A stretch of 7,356 bases of DNA from Paraspadella gotoi (GCA_051294375.1 JBJCIZ010000744.1:61960-69315), one strand, 5' to 3'. Counted from the first letter of the stretch, positions 1-7,043 are shown. Numbers and translations: made by a program. The notes: a model not told the origin generated them from the sequence alone.

Positions 1-115
1 CGTTGTCGTCGTTTTCGTCGTCATCGTTGTCGTCATCTTTGTCGTCGTCGCCATCACCGTTGGCCCGAAGTCCGTCGTCGTCATCATCATCATAATCATC
101 GTTGTCATCGTCGGA
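1..115. repeat. Degenerate trinucleotide repeat (GTC/ATC)n, i.e. (GAC/GAT)n on the minus strand; truncated by the window edge
   Basis: Runs such as gtcgtcgtcatcatcatcat are read directly; the triplet phase is kept across interruptions. Confidence 0.8.
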
Positions 116-184
116 GTCGACATATCTGTTGTTCAAAATAGCATGTCGCTGTTTCGGGGTCTCATTTGATAGTTCGACGCTTTC

Positions 185-387
185 ACCTTTCCACTTGACA
201 TTCCTTCACATCGTAACCTTTCCACGTGACATTCCTTGACATCGTAACCTTTCCACTTGACATTCCTTGACATCTTAACCTTTCCACCTGACATTCCTTG
301 ACATCGTAACCTTTTCACTTGACATTCCTTCACATCTTAACCTTTCCACCTGACATTCCTTGACATCGTAACCTTTCCACTTGACAT
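185..387. repeat. 31-bp minisatellite, 6.5 copies, consensus ACCTTTCCAC(T/C/G)TGACATTCCTT(G/C)ACATC(G/T)TA
   Basis: Units start at 185, 216, 247, 278, 309, 340 and 371 (partial). No indels; only four positions vary. Confidence 0.97.
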
Positions 388-530
388 ATCGCCTTTCCTC
401 TTTCCTCCTTAGCCGAGGGACTCCCATCCATTTTACACGAACAGACTCTACCAATCTGACAACCAGTTCGTCAGTGTAGCCATGACAAAGAGATAGACAA
501 ACATTGCCACATCTGGTCATGACACAGCAC

Positions 531-675
531 CTTTCTTCTTTTCTTTCTCCTTTCTTTTTCCTTTCTCCTTTCTTTTTCCTTCTCCTTCTTTTTCCTTTCC
601 CCTTTCTTTTTCCTTTCTCCTTTCTTTTCTCCTTTCTCCTTTCTTTTTCCCTTTCTCCTTCTCCCCACTTTTTTT
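531..675. repeat. Polypyrimidine tract with loose ~18-bp periodicity (TTTTTCCTTTCTCCTTTC)
   Basis: Almost entirely C/T; the duplicate is at ~2171-2319. Confidence 0.85.
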
Positions 676-844
676 GTATATCAAACTTCGAATTCCTTTT
701 AATTTCCTCTTCATTTTCTTTTTTCCATTATTTTCTCCGATAAAAAAAAACGTTTTTCCCCTCACTCTCTGTTCTCTTTCTCCTCTCTCTCTCTCTTCTC
801 TCTTGGCTGTGAGCTTGAGAAAAGTCACGTTTTCTATCGATGTG

Positions 845-857
845 GAGAGCGAGAGAG

Positions 858-934
<77 letters not shown>
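845..934. repeat. (GA)n microsatellite, preceded by a (CT)-rich tract at ~761-803
   Basis: Read directly; two small interruptions. Confidence 0.97.
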
Positions 935-936
<2 letters not shown>

Positions 937-1073
937 AACTTCGCAGTTGATACTCGCTTGAAAAAAAATATCAGTGAAAGGAAATAAGTCTTAACCGAGA
1001 AAGAAATGTTTTTTAGTCAATGACGAAGGAAGAAACAAATTTTAAAAAAAAACATATAATTTGTTTCGTTCAG

Positions 1074-1116
1074 CCCCCCCCCGCCCCCGCCTCCAATCAT
1101 GCCGCTATAAATAGCG
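1074..1116 (+). promoter_or_regulatory. Motif cluster: GC box/C-run, CCAAT (1093-1097) and the palindrome CGCTATAAATAGCG (1103-1116) containing TATAAA and a MEF2 consensus CTA(A/T)4TAG
   Basis: Motif matches only. CCAAT-TATA spacing (8 bp) is non-canonical for a core promoter. The palindrome is repeated at 2742-2755. Confidence 0.3.
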
Positions 1117-1700
1117 AGACAACACTAATTTATTTACGTTAAAATTATACTGCATACGAATGCACCTGGAATCGCTTGAACTTAGTTCCGACAGGTGTCT
1201 CTAGCATCGAGTTATTATTGTTTTTTAAATTGATAGACAAAAGGCAACAGGAAATATAATAAAAAAGGTCGCGTCTAAATCAGGATCTTTTGTTTCTGAC
1301 GAGTTTCGATCTTTTCGATTTACGATCGAAACGACTTGAGAAGTAAAACCGTCGAATTCGGGACTCTCGTACCGAGTCTCTATTTTTAAATTAGACTTTC
1401 AAATAAATAAATTATTTTAAAGGATCATTGCTCAAAATGAATTGAAATTTAAAAAAAAATTGTAACTATCTTTTTAAGAGCATTATATTTATATTATTTT
1501 ATATCAGTATTTAATATCAAATTAAAAATCCCAATTTCCGAAAAAAAAAAGATCAAAGACTCGATACGAACGATGAAAGAGAAGTAAAACTGTCAAAATT
1601 TCTCTGTGGCAAAAAAAATAGACATTTTTTATGAGTTTTCGATGATTTTACCGGAAAATAAATATTTTTGTGAACGTTTTATAATCATTGTAATCAAAGA

Positions 1701-1979
1701 NNNNNNNNNNNNNNNNNNNNNNNNNNNNNNNNNNNNNNNNNNNNNNNNNNNNNNNNNNNNNNNNNNNNNNNNNNNNNNNNNNNNNNNNNNNNNNNNNNNN
1801 NNNNNNNNNNNNNNNNNNNNNNNNNNNNNNNNNNNNNNNNNNNNNNNNNNNNNNNNNNNNNNNNNNNNNNNNNNNNNNNNNNNNNNNNNNNNNNNNNNNN
1901 NNNNNNNNNNNNNNNNNNNNNNNNNNNNNNNNNNNNNNNNNNNNNNNNNNNNNNNNNNNNNNNNNNNNNNNNNNNNNNN
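1701..1979. other. Assembly gap (279 N)
   Basis: Run of N. Confidence 1.
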
Positions 1980-2164
1980 GACAAAGAGAAGACGACGCGA
2001 TGTCCACGCGCACCAAGCAATCCCTGAAAATTCTTCTCCATAATATATTTTTAAATTATCCCCGATTGTTAATTAAATTTATTCAATAGAGGCACGACAC
2101 CACAATATCTGATGACCCACAAAACCAAAGCCATCACTGAGTCAACTCTACTGCCATCCTCACT

Positions 2165-2488
2165 CAGCCACCTTTCTCTTTCTTTTTCCTTTCTCCTTTT
2201 CTTTTCTTCCTCCTTTCTTTTTTCCTTTCTCCTTTTTTTGCCTTTCCCTTTCTTTTTTCCTTTCTCCTTTCTTTTTCCTTTCTCCTTCTTTTTCCCTTTC
2301 TCCTTCTCCCACTTTTTTTGTATAAAACTTCGAATTCCTTTTAATTTCCTCTTCATTTTCTTTTTTCCTTATTTTCTCCGATAAAAAAAAACGTTTTTCC
2401 CCTCACTCTCTGTCTCTCTTTCTTTCTCTCTCTCTCTCTTCTCTCTGGCTGTGAGCTTCGAGAAAAGTCACGTTTTCTATCTGATGTG

Positions 2489-2521
<33 letters not shown>

Positions 2522-3337
2522 AGAGAGGAGAGAAGAGAGAGAGAGAGAGAGAGAGAGGAAGAGAGAGAGAGAGAGAGCCAACTTCGCAGTTGATACTCGC
2601 TTGAAAAAAAATATCAGTGAAAGGAAATAATGTCTTAACCGAGAAAGAAATGTTTTTAGTCAATGACGAAGGAAGAAACAAATTTTAAAAAAAAACATAT
2701 AATTTGTTCGTTCAGCCCCCCCCCCCCCCGTCCAATCATGCCGCTATAAATAGCGAGACAACACTAATTTATTACGTTAAAATTATACTGCATACGAATG
2801 CACTGGAATCGCTTGAACTTAGTTCCGACAGGTGTCTCTAGCATCGAGTTATTATTGTTTTTAAATTGATAGACAAAAGGCAACAGGAAATATATAAAAA
2901 AAGGTCGCTCTAAATCAGGATCTTTTGTTTCTGACGAGTTTCGATCTTTTCGATTTACGATCGAAACGACTTGAGGAAGTAAAACCGTCGAATTCGGGAC
3001 CTCGTACCGAGTTCTATTTTTAAATTAGACTTTTCAATAATATAAATTATTTAAAGGATCATTGCTACAAATGAATTGAAATTTAAAAAAAAAAAAATGT
3101 AACTATCTTTTTAAGAGCATTATATTTATATTATTTTATATTCAGTATTTATATCAAAATATAAAAATCCCAATTTCCGAAAAAAAAAGATCAAAGACTC
3201 GATACGAACGATGAAAGAGAAGTAAAACTTCAAAATTTCTCTGTGGCAAAAAAAATAGACATTTTTTATGAGTTTTCGATGATTTTACCGGAAAATAAAT
3301 ATTTTTGTGAACGTTTTATAATCATTGTAATCAAAGA
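2165..3337 (+). repeat. Copy B of the ~1.17-kb direct duplication (offset ~1637 bp from copy A)
   Basis: Same order of pyrimidine tract, CT tract, GA tract (2489-2577), C-run, TATA palindrome and AT-rich tail as 525-1700. Confidence 0.95.
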
Positions 3338-3670
3338 ATTAATTTTGAATAAATAATCGTTTAGGAGAATAATTTTAAGGGACCCAGTGATTAAAAAATG
3401 ACTATCATAAGCTTAAGCGGTATCTATCATCAAAGGAATTTGGAATGGTCGATAGTTATTAATTTTTCTTGCCCACTGGCGGAAACTGCAAAAAATTTCT
3501 ATTCTCTTATTGTATGCGGAAACAAAAATTTAATAATTATAGAAAAAAAAATTAGGTGACGCCTACCTAAACTATTTATGATAATCATTTCTTATTTTTG
3601 CATTAGAAAGTATTATCTCTCTCTATTAATTTTGAATAAATAATCGTTTAGGAGAAATAATTTTGAAGGG
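3338..3670 (+). repeat. 44/46-bp direct repeat (3338-3381 and 3625-3670) flanking a 243-bp unique segment
   Basis: ATTAATTTTGAATAAATAATCGTTTAGGAGAA (32 nt) is identical in both copies, followed by TAATTTTAAGGG versus ATAATTTTGAAGGG. Confidence 0.92.
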
Positions 3671-4085
3671 TCGAGCATTCATTAAGTTTAACTTATGATT
3701 TGATGTAAATGTAAACAACCTTCGTCAGTAGTCAATAATCACATAACGGAGGTTGCATATTGTAAAGTATATATATGTAATCGCTTGTAAATCTACAACT
3801 AATAAATGATCAAAATTGATCATTTTTCTTCGTCTTAGATGCGAATTATAAAAATTTGAAATTATTCCGTTTAAAACTTAAGTTTTGCAAATTATCTCCG
3901 AACATTATTAGGCGTTATTTATAACCTTACTCCGTTAATTTTATTACATACTTTATATTATTACGAAACACGTAAGTTTTCTCTTTCTTGAGACTCGGAC
4001 CGTTTCTCTTCTCTTATTTTTTTTTCGCGAGTTGTGAAATTTTTACGGAGCTGACTAAAAAAAGATTTCGACTTTATGTTTTCGG

Positions 4086-4127
4086 GAAAGAAAGAAAGAA
4101 TGAAAGAAAGAAAGAAGGAGAGAAGGA

Positions 4128-4159
<32 letters not shown>

Positions 4160-4241
4160 CAAGATAAGAAAGAAAGAAAGAAAAGAAAGAAAGAAAAAAG
4201 AAAGAAAGAAGAGGAAAGAGAAAGAAAGAAAAAAGAAAAAA
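4086..4241. repeat. (GAAA)n imperfect microsatellite / polypurine tract
   Basis: Read directly. Confidence 0.95.
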
Positions 4242-4403
4242 TACCCTAACGATTAAAAAAAAGAGAATGTTAAAAAAAGATGTGAGAAAGTTTTTTTTTT
4301 TTTTTTCTTTAACCTGTCTCCGACGGTCCCGACGCTCATTGACGCGCTAAAGACGGGCGGGCCCGGCCGTCCATAACGCCGAAACCCCGCCCCGGCGCAC
4401 CGG

Positions 4404-4406
<3 letters not shown>

Positions 4407-4492
<86 letters not shown>
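4407..4492. repeat. (GA)n microsatellite
   Basis: Read directly. Confidence 0.97.
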
Positions 4493-4561
4493 AATTTTGT
4501 TCGTCTCAGGTGGGATTTCTAGATGCGCGCTCGGATGAGTTCTTCGCAATGTGGCATGGCC

Positions 4562-4594
4562 GAGAGAGAGAGAGAGAGAGAAGAAGGAGGAGAG

Positions 4595-4635
<41 letters not shown>

Positions 4636-4639
4636 GGGG
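4562..4639. repeat. (GA)n / (GGA)n polypurine tract ending in a G run
   Basis: Read directly. Confidence 0.95.
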
Positions 4640-5268
4640 CGGTTAAGTCGCTCGTGGAACAAAGTGAGTTCTTCGCTCCATAAATATCGTCTCACGAATA
4701 AAAAAAGTAAGGGCGAGAGGAGAAGGTAGGGATCGAGAAAATAAGTTTAGGAAGTAAGGATTTAAGGAAGAAAAGAAAATATATGTTTTATTGGAAATGA
4801 GAATAGCTAAGAATATGTCATATAATGTTCTTAAAAAATTGAAAGAACAGAAAGGAATAAAAGAGATTTAAAAATTTAGTAACATAACGTTATAAGTTAG
4901 AGAAGGTAAAAAACTACGTGTGGATTTGTTAAGTAATTTACAGTAGAGGTGTAATAGAGGTCAGTTTAGTAAGCTAACTTAATTTCTTAAAGGATATAAA
5001 ATAATGAATAAATGGATAATTTTAGTATCGGTAATACCTATTTCGTTAAGGTAAGGTTTGGTAATATAAAAATTAGGGAATGAATGTGAGTTGAATCGAG
5101 AAAAAAAAGTGAGAAAATTTAAATGTTCGCTCGACAATCTCGTGGCCGCACCACTTCCGGGGGAGAAAAGATTGAGGGGAAAGTTTTGGATGTGAAAGGT
5201 ATGTGGTAGTTGAGAAGTTTAAAATATTTTTTTTAATAGATATTGAATTAAAAAGTTTAAGATTATGA

Positions 5269-5271
<3 letters not shown>

Positions 5272-5332
<61 letters not shown>

Positions 5333-5362
5333 GAGAAGAGGAGAGAGAGAGATGAGGAGAGA
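5272..5362. repeat. Imperfect (GA)n microsatellite
   Basis: Read directly. Confidence 0.95.
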
Positions 5363-5497
5363 AAGATGCTCGCTTACTTTCCGCCGCCGTTTAGGATTTA
5401 AAAGGAGGGTGGATTCGGGCTCCGCGAGTCTTAGGGCCACTGAAATATAAATGAACGCGATTTTGCCCCATCGACGCGTGTTAAGCATGGCCGGTCC

Positions 5498-5661
5498 GAG
5501 AGAGAGAGAAGAGAGAGAGAGATCGAGAAGAGAGAGAGAGAAGAGCGCGACATGCCTGGAAATCCTGGTGCTGTGAGATAGCTTGTCTGGCCATCTGGGG
5601 TCCCCTAGAGGGCTGGGGTACCGATGAGGAGAGAGGAGAGATGAGAGAGGATGGAGAGAGA
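5498..5661. repeat. Two degenerate (GA)n tracts (5498-5545, 5626-5661) around an ~80-bp unique insert
   Basis: Read directly. Confidence 0.85.
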
Positions 5662-5737
5662 CGACGCGAATGGGAATCGCTCGAAAAGTTTGTTCTTAAC
5701 CAAACATCAGCTTCTCTCACGGCGGCCTCAAGACCGG

Positions 5738-5782
5738 GCAGGCCGAAGCAGGCGAGGCTAAGCAGGCCGAAGCAGGCGAGGC
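5738..5782. repeat. 24-bp GC-rich tandem duplication GCAGGCCGAAGCAGGCGAGGC(TAA), 1.9 copies
   Basis: 5738-5758 is identical to 5762-5782. Confidence 0.92.
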
Positions 5783-6091
5783 GGGAAGGCAGGCGTGAAT
5801 GGGACGGTGATCGTCCGTTACGATGTTTCAAGGTTGAGACGAAAAGAATTTCTTACTTTTTTTTCGCGTCTTCGGTTTTCGCGATTTTTGGCGGGAAATC
5901 GAAGATCGAAAATTCCAATTAGTCTTTTGTTTTTTAATCGATCTCTTTATAGAATATAAATTTTGTATACATTTTGCATAATTATTTATAATCTTTGTAA
6001 CACTTTAAAATTTTAATTGTTTTAATAATGAAAAAACAATTTCTTTTTTTCTTTTAGGACACAACAGAGAAAAATCTAAATTTCATTTTCA

Positions 6092-6129
6092 AGAAAAGTT
6101 CATCTTTCTCTAGAAAAGTTCATCTTTCT
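6092..6129. repeat. 20-bp tandem duplication AGAAAAGTTCATCTTTCT(CT), 1.9 copies
   Basis: 6092-6109 is identical to 6112-6129. Confidence 0.9.
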
Positions 6130-6252
6130 ATAAAAAGACGAAGACAAAGATTCTCCTCTTTCAAGTTTCACTTTCCTTCTTTCAACGACTTTCCTAATTC
6201 TTCTTTCACTCTTTCTTCTTTCGAGACGTCGGCGTCGATCTCTAGAACACGC

Positions 6253-6266
6253 GCGCCCTCTGGCGG
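6253..6266 (-). promoter_or_regulatory. Candidate CTCF binding site CCGCCAGAGGGCGC
   Basis: The reverse complement of gcgccctctggcgg matches the bilaterian CTCF core CCRSYAGRKGGCRS at 14/14 positions and lies in a CpG-rich island. Confidence 0.6.
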
Positions 6267-6442
6267 CGACGTGTGCGCGTCTTTCGTCGTCCGCCCGTCA
6301 GTCCGTCTGTCACTAAATGACAAAACTGACAGCGTCTCTGTCTCTGCCTCTCTCGCGGTCTTATTTCGGGTTGGAAGAAGAAGGAGGGCGAAGAGGACGA
6401 GTCTCCGAGGAGAAAAGCGCCTTTGAGAAACTTTTAAGAACT

Positions 6443-6578
<136 letters not shown>

Positions 6579-6718
6579 CAAAGAACCGGTTGCTCCAGGG
6601 AAATAAATGTTGTGCGGAAGGTTTCATTAATTCAGCTAATTTAAAATTTCATAACTTTGTTCCCCAGAGCGGGGTATATCTTAAAAAAAATAGAATACTT
6701 TGCTTTTTAACTAAACCC

Positions 6719-6797
<79 letters not shown>

Positions 6798-6810
6798 ACG
6801 ACGACGACGA
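6719..6810. repeat. (CGA)25-CG-(CGA)5 microsatellite
   Basis: Read directly; one base is missing at ~6795. Confidence 0.98.
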
Positions 6811-6953
6811 TACAGGCGTGGTTGTTCTTTTCTGCTTCTAAAAAGTCATTAAATCATTATATTTTCGAGAAAAAAATAATTTTTTGACAAAAAATATTTA
6901 GAATAATTTAACGCCGATTAAATTGAAACTTTTCATGCCTTTGACTTTTTTTG

Positions 6954-6981
6954 GTCGGTCAGTCAGTCAGTCAGTCCGTCA
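6954..6981. repeat. (GTCA)n tetranucleotide repeat, 7 imperfect units
   Basis: gtcg gtca gtca gtca gtca gtcc gtca. Confidence 0.85.
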
Positions 6982-6998
6982 AACCAGCGAATAGAGAG

Positions 6999-7043
6999 TA
7001 AAAGAAAGAGAGAAAGAAAGAAAGAAAGAGAAAGAAAGCAAGC
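6999..7043. repeat. (GAAA)n-like polypurine tract
   Basis: Read directly. Confidence 0.8.

Larger units (their letters stand above)
525..1700 (+). repeat. Copy A of a ~1.17-kb direct duplication (copy B at ~2165-3337); ends exactly at the N gap
   Basis: Aligns by eye from the pyrimidine tract through ...ataatcattgtaatcaaaga. Differences are mostly 1-nt indels. The left boundary is approximate because it lies in low-complexity sequence. Confidence 0.95.

Noticed and set aside
185-387. CRISPR-like array (31-bp repeats)
   Set aside because: Units are head-to-tail with no unique spacers, there are no cas genes, and the context is eukaryotic.
133-520. Minus-strand ORFs of 66 and 81 aa with repeating VKWKGYDVKEC motifs
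   Set aside because: They translate the 31-bp minisatellite. The unit is not a multiple of 3, so the peptide cycles through frames, which is typical of non-coding repeats.
835-842. DRE-like TATCGATG
   Set aside because: 7/8 match to TATCGATA, and copy B reads TATCTGATG, so the base calls are unreliable.
471-961. K/E/R-rich, F/S/L-rich and poly-ER ORFs (also 2069-2681)
   Set aside because: Stop-free only because they cross purine or pyrimidine tracts; frames are not preserved between the two duplicate copies.
1606-2043. ORFs of 115-145 aa spanning the gap
   Set aside because: Mostly X residues from N bases. Copy B shows the sequence after ...ATCAAAGA is AT-rich and contains stops.
525-3337. 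LTR pair of a retrotransposon
   Set aside because: No TG...CA termini, primer-binding site or internal coding sequence; one copy ends at an assembly gap, and the differences look like sequencing error.
3384-3479. Tc1/mariner-type element with CAGTG...CACTG ends
   Set aside because: Only 6 bp match cleanly and there is no flanking TA duplication; kept only as a detail of the insert finding.
4253-5922. ORFs with poly-SL or poly-ER runs, and the 93-aa and 116-aa GC-rich ORFs
   Set aside because: Driven by GA tracts and a 24-bp duplication; no recognisable domain; overlapping on both strands.
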